DNA of 63,611 bases, taken from the NCBI GenBank assembly GCA_005776475.1, contig SXPB01000020.1, forward strand, positions 1 through 63,611. The letters are read 5' to 3'. Below the pieces are notes generated by a model. It made no database searches, had not been told where the DNA came from, and saw nothing but the letters and a program-made list of their open reading frames with translations. This DNA comes from Planctomycetia bacterium. GTDB lineage: Bacteria; Planctomycetota; UBA1135; UBA2386. The position numbers and the translations under genes are program-made. This document shows positions 1 through 9,200 of this stretch, piece after piece; the first letter of the stretch is position 1, and every line of letters begins with the position of its first letter.

Positions 1-554
1 CCCGAGTTGGTGTAGGCGAGCACGCCATCGACGAACAGGCGCACCTGGCCCAGGGTGGTGGCGCCGGCCGGCAGCACCGTCGTCAGCATGTGCCACTGGC
101 CATCGTTGACCGCGGGTCCTTGACCGACGGTGCGGCCGCCGCTGATGCCGAGTTCGAAGACGCCGCCGTTCGCACAGTCGATGTCCATGTCCCACTTGGT
201 GCCGTTGCCAGGATTCGTGCCGAAGGCAAACGGTGTGACGATGCCGGTGGTCGCCGTCGTCCTGGCCCACACCGACACCGTGCGTGCCTGGGCGCCGAGC
301 AGCGGCGTTGGGCCGCAGTTGATCTGATCGCCAAGCACGCCGCCGAGGGTGACTGCAGTAGCGAGCGGGCCGACCGCGAGCGTCACGTTGCCGGTCGGCG
401 TGCCGTCGTTGGCGGTGCCCGTCGATCCGGCGTTGGTGTAGACGGTGCCGCTCGGTGGCAGGAAGTCGTGATGGACCCGGTAGTCCACGGAAGTTTGCGC
501 GGGCAGGGCGAGCGCGGTGGAAAGGGCGACGAGCGAAACGAGGGGGTGGGGCAT
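1..554 (-). CDS. Secreted LamG/concanavalin-A-like lectin-fold protein, N-terminal part only (gene continues beyond the window start)
   Basis: Not in the ORF track because no stop lies in the window. The minus-strand ATG at 554-552 opens MPHPLVSLVALSTALALPAQTSVDYRV, a signal peptide with the same ...PAQ context as other secreted proteins here. The frame stays open to nt 1. RTVSVWARTTATTGIVTPFAFG ... GQWHMLTTVLPAG ... VRLFVDGVLAYTNS fits the LamG_3-type jelly-roll pattern. Confidence 0.6.
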   Translation of the reverse strand, partial: MPHPLVSLVALSTALALPAQTSVDYRVHHDFLPPSGTVYTNAGSTGTANDGTPTGNVTLAVGPLATAVTLGGVLGDQINCGPTPLLGAQARTVSVWARTTATTGIVTPFAFGTNPGNGTKWDMDIDCANGGVFELGISGGRTVGQGPAVNDGQWHMLTTVLPAGATTLGQVRLFVDGVLAYTNS

Positions 555-650
555 GGTGCGATTGCGAGGCGGTGGTGTGGGCCACTGTTGCGAGATGGCA
601 GCGGCCCGTGCCAAGCAAAGTAGCGTGGTGCGGGGGGCTGGCATAGTCGT

Positions 651-686
651 GCGCAACCGATGCGGACTGCGCCTGGTCGGTTGCGC
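651..686. repeat. Perfect 10-bp inverted repeat GCGCAACCGA-N16-TCGGTTGCGC in a 418-nt divergent intergenic region
   Basis: Read directly: 651-660 gcgcaaccga and 677-686 tcggttgcgc are exact reverse complements. The repeat lies between the LamG gene start (554, minus) and the hydrolase start (973, plus). Whether it is an operator or an RNA hairpin cannot be decided from sequence. Confidence 0.5.
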
Positions 687-972
687 GAATATCACGCCAG
701 CCCTCGGACCGCAGCAGCAGACCGGGGTACCGCAGCGCGTTCTTCCGTGGCACGATCGCCGCGATGTGACCGCCCCCTGCGCGGCGTCGGTGATCGCCGC
801 ATCGCTCGCCCTGTCTCGCAGGGAATTGCCGCCCTCAGTTCGGCCGCGACTTCCGGCGCGCCGACGGGCTCGGGGAAGGTGTTCGGCGCGGGGCGGGCCC
901 GAAAGCGCCTTCCCTCAGGTGGGGAGATATCCGGCGGCTGCGTTGCCGACCATACTCCACGCCGGAGCTGCC

Positions 973-3081
973 ATGCCCCACACGCCGACCATGCGAGCAA
1001 TGTTCGCCGCGTTCGCCCTCGTCTGCACCGCATCGGCGCAATGCATCGATCCGCCAATGCCGCCCGGTGGCTTTCCCGTCGTGTCGGCGATCGACCAGCT
1101 GGTGACCTTCACCGACCAGTACCGAACGCGGACCGACGTTCGCTGGCCCGGCGTCGCTCCCGGCACCTGCGGTTGGCCGATGCTGTTGATCGTGCACGGG
1201 TTTCCAGCCTCCAAGAACGGCCCCGTTGCGGCGATGGCTGCCGAGTACGCGGCGCGTGGCTTTCTGGTGGTCTGCTATGACGTGCGCGGGCAGGGTTCGG
1301 CGATTGGCCTGAATCCGGGACGCGGCACCGGACTCATGTCGTTGGCCGAGTGGATCGACATGTTCGAAGTGATGGAGTGGGCCGAAGCGAACTGGCCTGC
1401 GAACGTCGACTTCGCGCGCATCGGCGTCACCGGCATCAGCCAGGGCGGCGCGCACTCGTGGGCGGCAGCAGCCTACTCCGGACGGTTGCCACCGCCGAAC
1501 CCGCGCCGCAGCGCGGCGTTTCCCGTCGTGCGCGCGGTGGCGCCTACCGTGATGGTGCCGAGTCACAGCGATGCGGCGACGTTCGACGGCACGGCATTCG
1601 TGGACAGCTGGGCCCAGCTGTCCTACGCGACGCCCAATCCGACTCTCGCGTTGGATGCCGCGTTCCAGCAGACGATGCGTTCGTTCGTGCTCGCCGACGA
1701 TCCGGTCGGGATGCGGGCGTGGATGCACGCCGATCCGGGGCGCGACTTCCAGGCACTGCTGGCCACGTCGACGACGGCTGTGCTGGCGACGATGGCGTGG
1801 CACGACGATTCGATGGCAGTGAACCCGGTGTTGCGCGCGTTGGCGCAGATGCCGGCGAACACGCCGCGCCGCGCGTTCTTGACCACCGGCCACCACGGCA
1901 CGCCGGGCAACACGTGGGAAACGGCGCGCGTCGATGAAGTGCGGCGGGCGTGGTTCGACCGCTTCCTGCGCAACGGCGTCGAACCGGTGGAATTGGGGCC
2001 GCCGGTGCTGATGTCGTGCATTCCGCCGACCGCCAGCGAATACCTCGCCGCGTCGACGTTGTGGCGACACCGCGCCGAGACCACGTTCCTGCCGCCGCCG
2101 GCCGTTTCGACCACGTACTACCTGCGGCAGGGGGCCGTTCTGTCGACGTCGGCGCCGACGCTCGCCGAACCGCCCGAGTCCGTGCAGCACACGATGCCGC
2201 CGGGCTACGACCTCCTCGCGTGGCGCGCCGATGGTGCGGGCTCGAACCTCACGCTCGCGTTGCAGCGCATGCCGTTGTCGAGCCACTCGTTCACCACGCC
2301 ACCGTTCGCGCAGGACACCGAAGTCGCCGGGATTCCGCTGTTGTCGCTCGAAGTCACGGCGCAACAGGTTCGCTTCCAGTTGTCGGCGCGGCTCGAAGTC
2401 GTGCCGACCAGCGGCACGCCGCAGGTGATCGCCCAAGGTGGGATCGGCGTGCGGCTGCCAGCAGCGCCCGGGCCCGCCACGGTGACGATCGAACTGTCGT
2501 CAACTGCTTGCGTGGTGCCCGCGGGAGCGCGGCTGCGTCTGTCGGTGCGCAACCACTACCTGGTGAAGGCGGCGGCGGTGGATTCGTTCCGCACGTTGCC
2601 TCTGTTCGTGCCGTCCACGGTGCTCGTCGAGCATTCGCCCGGAATGGCGTCGCGGCTGATGCTGCCGCTGCGCGCCGAACCAGGACTCGATGCCGTCACC
2701 TCGACCCGCGACGTGCTGTTGTCGCAGCCAGCCAACGCGACGTTCCAGTTGCGGTCGTCGCCGTTGCGCGCCGGTGCGGCGTACTGGCTGCTCGGTTCCC
2801 TGGGCGGGCAAGGTCCAGCCTCGGTCCTCCCCGGCGGCAGTACCCTGTATCTGCAAGTCGACGCCCTGACGGCCGCGTTGCTGGACCCCAACGGCAATCC
2901 GCTGTTCCCGGGTTTCGTCGGCGTGCTCGATGCCGCCGGTTCGGCGACGGCGACGATGGCGCTGGCACCGGCCGCGCCGCTGCCGGCGGTGCTGGCTGGC
3001 TGGCACGTGCACTTCGCACCGGTGGCGCTGCACAACGGCGCCGCGTTCGCGGGGCCGCCGCTCGAACTGGTGCTCAGGTAG
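973..3081 (+). CDS. Secreted alpha/beta-fold hydrolase (S9/S15 peptidase-like, CocE/NonD-type) ending in a Cys-less copy of the shared C-terminal module
   Basis: Lies inside ORF 517-3081. ATG 973 (alternative 991) precedes the signal peptide MRAMFAAFALVCTASAQC. LLIVHGFPASKNG ... VVCYDVRGQGSA and the nucleophile elbow GVTGISQGGAHSW are present, followed by a long beta-rich C-terminal half. The last ~120 aa (2719-3078) align with the module seen on five other proteins. Confidence 0.6.
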   Translation: MPHTPTMRAMFAAFALVCTASAQCIDPPMPPGGFPVVSAIDQLVTFTDQYRTRTDVRWPGVAPGTCGWPMLLIVHGFPASKNGPVAAMAAEYAARGFLVVCYDVRGQGSAIGLNPGRGTGLMSLAEWIDMFEVMEWAEANWPANVDFARIGVTGISQGGAHSWAAAAYSGRLPPPNPRRSAAFPVVRAVAPTVMVPSHSDAATFDGTAFVDSWAQLSYATPNPTLALDAAFQQTMRSFVLADDPVGMRAWMHADPGRDFQALLATSTTAVLATMAWHDDSMAVNPVLRALAQMPANTPRRAFLTTGHHGTPGNTWETARVDEVRRAWFDRFLRNGVEPVELGPPVLMSCIPPTASEYLAASTLWRHRAETTFLPPPAVSTTYYLRQGAVLSTSAPTLAEPPESVQHTMPPGYDLLAWRADGAGSNLTLALQRMPLSSHSFTTPPFAQDTEVAGIPLLSLEVTAQQVRFQLSARLEVVPTSGTPQVIAQGGIGVRLPAAPGPATVTIELSSTACVVPAGARLRLSVRNHYLVKAAAVDSFRTLPLFVPSTVLVEHSPGMASRLMLPLRAEPGLDAVTSTRDVLLSQPANATFQLRSSPLRAGAAYWLLGSLGGQGPASVLPGGSTLYLQVDALTAALLDPNGNPLFPGFVGVLDAAGSATATMALAPAAPLPAVLAGWHVHFAPVALHNGAAFAGPPLELVLR

Positions 3082-3445
3082 GACGCACGCGTTCGCGCCG
3101 TCGCTGCGTCAGGGCGGCGGCGCATTCGGTGCACGCACGGATCCGTTGGAGCAAGGCTCGCATGGCGACGCATGTTGCTTTGCGAAACGGCCGCCGTGGC
3201 GCGCAATCCGGAGCTTGCGTCGCAATTCGCTCACTGCCGTGCCGTTTGGCTCGCCGCCGCGGTTCGCGCGGTCTTGCTCAACCGGAGGGTCCATCGCCCT
3301 CCGCGCCGGGCGTCGTTTTCGCTGCATCCACGCCGTCCAATGACCTCAGCTCCCGATTTGCGGCCGCATGCCGCGCTCGGAGTTTGCCGTGGTTGCGTTC
3401 GCATCGCACGCCGACGATGACGCCGCGGCGCGGTATTCTCCGGCA

Positions 3446-3826
3446 ATGGTGACGGTGGCGTGTCCGGCGTGTGCGCAGACGATGCAGGCGGAGCGTCACG
3501 ACAACATCGAGATCGACCGCTGTGCCTGCGGCAGCTTGTGGTTCGACGCGGGGGAACTCGCCACCTGGCGAGCCGCACGCCTGGCGCCCTTGCGGGCCGT
3601 CGCAGCGACGCCGGCGCCAGCCATGCGATGCCCCCGTTGCGCGACGCAGACCTTGCGCGAGCACACGGTCGATGGCGTGCCGGTTCGCAACTGCGGCAAT
3701 TGCCGCGGGGTGTTCGTGCCCGGTGCTTCGGTCGCGAAACTGGAACCGCGCTATTCGTCGACCAGTGGTTTTGGCCTCGTCGGCGAGGCGATCCTGCAGA
3801 TCCTGACCTGGCTGCCGTTCGGGTGA
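3446..3826 (+). CDS. Double zinc-ribbon protein (zf-TFIIB-like, PF13453-type) with a C-terminal hydrophobic segment
   Basis: In ORF 3368-3826, with the probable start at ATG 3446 (MVTVACPAC). Two CxxC...CxxC units are present: CPACAQTM..IEIDRCACGSLWFDAGEL and CPRCATQTL..VRNCGNCRGVFVPGASV. The tail GFGLVGEAILQILTWLPFG is hydrophobic. Confidence 0.5.
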   Translation: MVTVACPACAQTMQAERHDNIEIDRCACGSLWFDAGELATWRAARLAPLRAVAATPAPAMRCPRCATQTLREHTVDGVPVRNCGNCRGVFVPGASVAKLEPRYSSTSGFGLVGEAILQILTWLPFG

Positions 3827-3845
3827 CGGACGGACGCCACGCTGC

Positions 3846-4514
3846 TCAAGCCGGCGAGTCCGCACGGCAGAAGTGCAGCCACGACGCGAGCAGCGTCAGC
3901 GTGCCGCCGCCTGCACCGAGCAGCAAGGCCGTTGCTCGCGCGCTGCCGTCGTCGCCGATCGACGCGACGAGGCTCCACGACCACGGCACGTAGAACCAGT
4001 ATTCCTCCGAGTTGGACGCGACGCCGCCGAGGACGAGTCCGGCGACGCCGAGGATCAGCGGCAACGCGAACGACGACATGCGCTGCGCGAGCCATGAAAT
4101 CAGCGCCATCGTCGGCAGCGACGCGAGATAGGCGCGAAACGGCGTTTCGAAGGCGACCGACCAGTGCACCGGGCCAATGCCGGTGATCGTGACCAGCAGC
4201 ATGCAGAGCACGCCGAGGAACGCGGTGCCGAGCGCGATCAGCGCAAGCAGCCACATGCCGTCGGCAGTGCTCTCGAGCTTCACGCACATCGACGCCAGCA
4301 GCGCTGCCACGCGGACGTCGGCGGTGGTGCGCAGCTGCAGCGCGGGTTTGGCAGCGGCCCGCAGTTCTTGCAGTGGTCCTTCGAAGCGGTTGATCCCGTC
4401 GTGCAGGATGCCGACGTGCGTGGCGACCTGTTCGACTTCGCCGAGTTGGTGGCTCGACAGCAGCACCGTGAACGAACCAGCCGGCGCCGATTGCGCGGGG
4501 CCGACACTGCCCAA
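3846..4514 (-). pseudogene. Relic fusing the C-terminal end of an ABC-transporter ATPase to the C-terminal half of an ABC-2/MutE-EpiE-like permease
   Basis: The translation carries GSFTVLLSSHQLGEVEQVATHVGILHDGINRFEGPLQEL, which is the H-loop and C-terminal region of an ABC ATPase. No Walker A, signature or Walker B motif is present. An in-frame stop lies at 4596-4598 and the Kelch gene starts at 4622. The downstream ~140 aa are 3-4 TM helices (LLALIALGTAFLGVLCMLLVTI, ALPLILGVAGLVLGGVA, ...). The track start is a TTG. Confidence 0.5.
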
Positions 4515-4621
4515 TCCGAAAGGGGGACGACGGCCCGCGCCGAGCTGGACGATCTCGCATCCATCCGGTGTCGGCGTGCAAGTAGTGGAGCCCCCTCAGC
4601 GGTTCCAACTCCTCAGCTCCG

Positions 4622-6082
4622 ATGCTCCACGCAATCCACTTGCGGTATCTCCCGTTGCTCTCCGCGTTGCCGTACGCCGTCAGCCTGTTTGCCGACGCGG
4701 CGTCCGCCCAGTCCCTGGTGCGCTCCGTGCCCGCCTTCTCGCCGCCGGCGCTCGATGGTGCGCAGATGGCGTACGACCTGGGGCGTCTGCGTGGCGTCCT
4801 GTTCGGTGGGCTCGCGCTTGACCCCGTCCTGGGCTTCAACTCATCCGACGCCACCTTCGAGTGGGACGGCCAGGCGTGGAGCCTGGTGCAGGCGACGGTG
4901 CGCCCGCCGGGTCGCACGTACCACACATTGGGTTACGACGGCACGCGCACGATCCTGTACGGCGGGGTCCAAATCACCGGGCTCACGTTCCAGGAACTCG
5001 GCGACACGTGGGCCTTCGACGGTGTCGCCTGGACCCAGCTCGCACCGGCCTTGTCGCCGCCAGCGCGCGGCGGTGCGTCGATGGTGTACGACGTGGCGCG
5101 CGGCCGCCTCGTGCTGTTTGGCGGTGCGGACACGAACCAGTACTTCAATGACACCTGGGAGTGGGATGGCGTCACGTGGACCTTGCGTTCGCCGGCCGTG
5201 AGCCCGCCAGTGCGGGCGAACGCACATCTCGTCTATGACCCCCTGCGCAGCCGTATCGTGCTGTTCGGCGGCAGTGACTTTTCCTCCACCGCAGGCCCCC
5301 AGTTGCTGCAAGACACGTGGGAGTACGATGGCGTCACGTGGGCGCAGGTTTCGACGGCGACGTCGCCGCCGACCCGCATCAGCGGCAACCTCGACTTCGA
5401 TCTGCTCAGCAGCCGCGCTGTCCTGGTGGGCGGTTCCGACTTGAACGGGACCCTGGCGGACGCGTGGGCCTACGACGGCACGAATTGGAGCGCACTGACG
5501 CTCGCGAACGCGATCTCGATCGCCGGCAGCGCGCACACCTTCGATCCCTTGCAGCAGCGCGTTGTCTACTTCGGCGGGGTCTCGTTCGATCCGTCCTCGC
5601 CAAGCCCGACCTCGGGCCCGATCGACTTCACGCTGTTGTTGGTGCCCGGCCCCGCAAGTGCGGCGTACGCGTCGTTCGGTGCGGGATGTGACGGCACCGC
5701 GGGCAACGTGCCGGTGCTGGCCGCGGCGCCTTACTCGCTGCCGGTCATCGGAACGACGTTCGCCGCGACGATCGACTACGCGCCCATCGCGGCGCCGGTG
5801 GCCGTCATCCTGATGGGCTTCAGCAACACCACGTGGGCCGGCGGCGCCTTGCCGTTCAACCTGTCGGTGTTCGGCATCGGCGGTGGTTGCAACCTCCTCG
5901 TGGACCCTGCAGCCGCCGCGGTGGTCGGCAATGGCACCGATCCGGCGGTGTTCCGCTTCTCGATTCCGCTGGACCCGCAGCTGACGGGGATCGTGTTCCA
6001 CAACCAGGCGTTGGTGCTCGACACGTTGGCGACCAACGGCCTTGGCGGCCTGACGAACGGGTGCACCGCAACAGTGCAGTGA
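4622..6082 (+). CDS. Secreted Kelch-repeat beta-propeller protein with the shared C-terminal module
   Basis: The signal peptide ends ADAASAQ. Five to six Kelch units are visible: LFGG...ATFEWDGQAW, LYGG...GDTWAFDGVAW, LFGG...NDTWEWDGVTW, LFGG...QDTWEYDGVTW, LVGG...ADAWAYDGTNW. The C-terminal module is at 5663-6079. Confidence 0.75.
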   Translation: MLHAIHLRYLPLLSALPYAVSLFADAASAQSLVRSVPAFSPPALDGAQMAYDLGRLRGVLFGGLALDPVLGFNSSDATFEWDGQAWSLVQATVRPPGRTYHTLGYDGTRTILYGGVQITGLTFQELGDTWAFDGVAWTQLAPALSPPARGGASMVYDVARGRLVLFGGADTNQYFNDTWEWDGVTWTLRSPAVSPPVRANAHLVYDPLRSRIVLFGGSDFSSTAGPQLLQDTWEYDGVTWAQVSTATSPPTRISGNLDFDLLSSRAVLVGGSDLNGTLADAWAYDGTNWSALTLANAISIAGSAHTFDPLQQRVVYFGGVSFDPSSPSPTSGPIDFTLLLVPGPASAAYASFGAGCDGTAGNVPVLAAAPYSLPVIGTTFAATIDYAPIAAPVAVILMGFSNTTWAGGALPFNLSVFGIGGGCNLLVDPAAAAVVGNGTDPAVFRFSIPLDPQLTGIVFHNQALVLDTLATNGLGGLTNGCTATVQ

Positions 6083-6284
6083 ACCGCGGGCACGGCGTTG
6101 CGCGGCGAGCGGACGCTCCCGCGCCAAGGCCGCGAACAAGCTGCGCACGCGCGGCTGGGTTTCTTGCATCCACTTGGGTCACGGGCGTCAAGCAGACTCC
6201 GCAGTCGCCGCCCTTGCGAGTGGTCCCCCGATCGTGGGCAGCGCGCGAAACCCTGGTCCCGACAGGGACTAGCCAACTCGTCGC

Positions 6285-9200
6285 ATGAACCCGCTCGCCA
6301 TCAGCCAGCCTTTGGAGGTCGTGTTCCAGCGGTATGCCGCCACGGCCGATCCCGCCGCTTTGGCCGAGGTCTACGAGCGACAGGCGCCACGATTGACGGT
6401 GTTGGCGGCGCGGTTGGTGAGCAACCGCAGCGACATCGAAGACCTCGTACACGAGACCTTCTTGCGCGCGATGCGGGCGGCGGCGAGCTGCGATCCGACG
6501 CAACCACTGAGCGGATGGCTGTACGGCATCCTGCGCCGCGTGGCATGGGAACGTTCGCGCCGAGCCCGCGAAGCACAACTTGCCTGCGACCCGCCAGACT
6601 GCGTGGGTGGTACGGAACCCATGTTCGCGGCCGAGGTCAGTGCCGCCATCGACCGGGCCCTGTTGCGGGTTCCAGGTCACTACCGCGAACTGCTACGGCG
6701 CCGGCTCATCGCGGGGCAGCGGGCCGTCGACATCGCCAACGAAATGCGCCTGCCGATCGCGACGGTGCGCTCCAAGCTGCAGCGTGGCTTGCGCATGCTG
6801 CGCGCGGCGTTGCCGTTCGGGCTCGCGAGCATGTTGTGCCTCGCGTTCGCGCCGCGGGCACTGGCGCAGGGCCAACGACGATTGGACCGCGCCTTGGCAG
6901 CGAAGCCGGCCCTGTCGATGACAGCGTTGCTGTTGCTCGCCGCCGCGCTGCTCGTACTCGCCGGCGGCTCCGTGTGGTTGCAGCATGCTGGGCTGGCGTC
7001 GTCGCCAGGTGCCTCGGTGCTGCCCCTGGTGGCAGCGACCGAAGACGTTGCGCCGAGCAAGGAGCCGCTGCTGTCGCGCGACGCCGCCGATTCGCAGGTC
7101 ATCCTGCGCGGGTTCATCGATGTCGGGACGGCGTACTCGTTCACGAATGCAGTACTCGTCGCCTTCGCGGCGCCCGTGGATCTCCTGATGGCGCGCCCAC
7201 CGATGATGGTCCTGGATCCGAACGAGCAGGAACTGGCCTGCATCGCCAGGCAATGCCTGCAGGGGCCGGAGTGCGGGCGGGCCCAGGTGGCCGCCGACGG
7301 CTCCTTCGAACTGGTGACGTCGCTGCGCGATGTCGTCCTGGATCTGCGTGACGACGTCAGTGGGCTGCTGTTGCCGATGGTTGCCCATGTTCCCGCGGGA
7401 CAACGCGAACTGCAGTTGCCGGTGCTGTTCGGCTACGTCGGCTGCCGTCTGCAGGGATTCCTGCCGGCGGGAGTGTCGCCAACGGAGGTCACGCTGCACT
7501 GCATGCCGGAGATGCACGATCCGTTCGCCGACGCCACGATCGTGCAGTTGGCGAGGGATCAGCCCTTGCGAGCCGACGTGGAAGGTCGGAGCTTCGTGTT
7601 CTCGGCAGTGTTGTTCTCGGGGGTGGCGACGGTCGTCGCGACGGACGTGCACGGCAACCGGTGGTACCAGTTCATCGACGGCGACGCTCCGGTGCGGCAG
7701 GTCGCGCCGCTGCAACAGGCGCGAGAGCGGCTCGAAGTGTGTGCGGCCGACCCGGAACTGGCCGGAACCATGGACTTGATCCACGAGCACGGGCTGCAGG
7801 TCGGCGCCGTCATGGTGGACGGTCGCGCCGTCGTCACCGACCTGCTGCCTGGCAAGTACCAGGGTGCACTGTGCACGCACGACGGCAGGACGATCACGTT
7901 CGAGGCCGATCTCGAGCGCTGTTCGCACGTGTCGTTGCCAGCAACCCAGGAACGCCAGTGCATCGGGATCGTACGGACCACCCGCAACCTGCCGGTGGCT
8001 GGGGCGCAGATCGTCACCCTCGATCCAAGAGCAAGGGGGGCGGTGGCGATTGCGACGACGGACGACGAAGGCGCGTTCTCGGTCACGGTGGGCGGTGCGA
8101 CGCAGTTGCTGATCGATGCCGGACACGGTCGGAAACAACTGGTCAGGCCCCGCGGTGACCGGCCCTTGCGCATCGAAGTTCCGGACCTGATCGCTGTGCG
8201 CGGGCGACTCCTGCTGCCGCCGGAAGAACGGGGCGCATGTTTCGGCTACGCGCTGATCCACGGCAGTGATGGTGAGGACATCGGTTGCGATCGGCGACCG
8301 GTGCGGATTGCCGCTGATGGCGGGTTCTGCATCGCCAACGTCGCGGCCACCGCGTTGCGGCTCGACCTGACCATTGCCGGCGTGGCCTCTGCCGGCGCCG
8401 AACTTCCGCGGCGTGCGGTCGACAACGACGAATGCGACCTCGGCGACCTGCAGGTGCAGAGATGGGTGGCTGTGCGTGGGCAAGTGTTCGATCCGGAACA
8501 GCGACCCGTCGCCGGCGCCTTCGTTGCCGTGTTGCCGCCTGGCATACCGGAACAGCGCAGCACGCGAGCGCGGCTCGGCCGAACTGCAGCCGATGGCACG
8601 TTCACCCTGATGGTGCCGCCCGACAACTCCGTCGATGTGATTGCCCACGATCGCGGGCACGCCATGCGATGGCGCGGGTCGATGGAGGCGAGCGAGCGCA
8701 TCGTGCTGCAACCGCTCGGAGCAGTCACCGGCCGTGTCGACGGGAGCCTGCCGGGTGGTACCGGCGTGCTGCTGCTCAGCCCTGAGGGCATCGTTCGCCT
8801 CGCGCCGATCGCGCGCGACGGGTCCTTTCGTTGCGTTGGCCTGCCGGCGGGCGACTACCGCCTTTCGCTCGTCAAGGCCGACCAACCGTGCATCGGTACT
8901 GCTGCACGCCAGGTGCGGGTTGCCAGTGGCGAGACGGTTTGGGTCGAGTTCGCCGGCAGCGTACCGGTGGCGCGCCTGACGCTGGAGCTGACGTCACCGA
9001 TCGTGCCGATGGCGGACCTCATGGTCGTGCTTCAGTCGAGTGATGCGAGCGAGCCGCCGGTGCTGCATCCCGCGTGCGAATCGTCGGAGTTCGAACTGTC
9101 ACCCGGTGAGTGGACGGTGCAACTGGTGCGGTGCGACGGACTGCCGCATGGTCTGGGTCGTCGGCTGCGCCTTGCCGCTACCGCAGCGAAGCTGGCCATC

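Noticed and set aside
517-972. N-terminal 152-codon extension of the hydrolase ORF, with similar long 5' extensions on ORFs 20519, 25453, 47204, 51883, 52323 and 60612
   Set aside because: The extensions are Arg/Gly-rich, precede obvious signal peptides or ATGA-coupled starts, and have no similarity to the respective families. Internal starts were chosen instead.
6693-8885. 730-aa minus-strand ORF opposite the ECF-fusion gene
   Set aside because: It has the same GC-shadow character (R/A/G/P/H-rich with no domains). The plus-strand frame carries clear sigma-70 and CarboxypepD_reg motifs.
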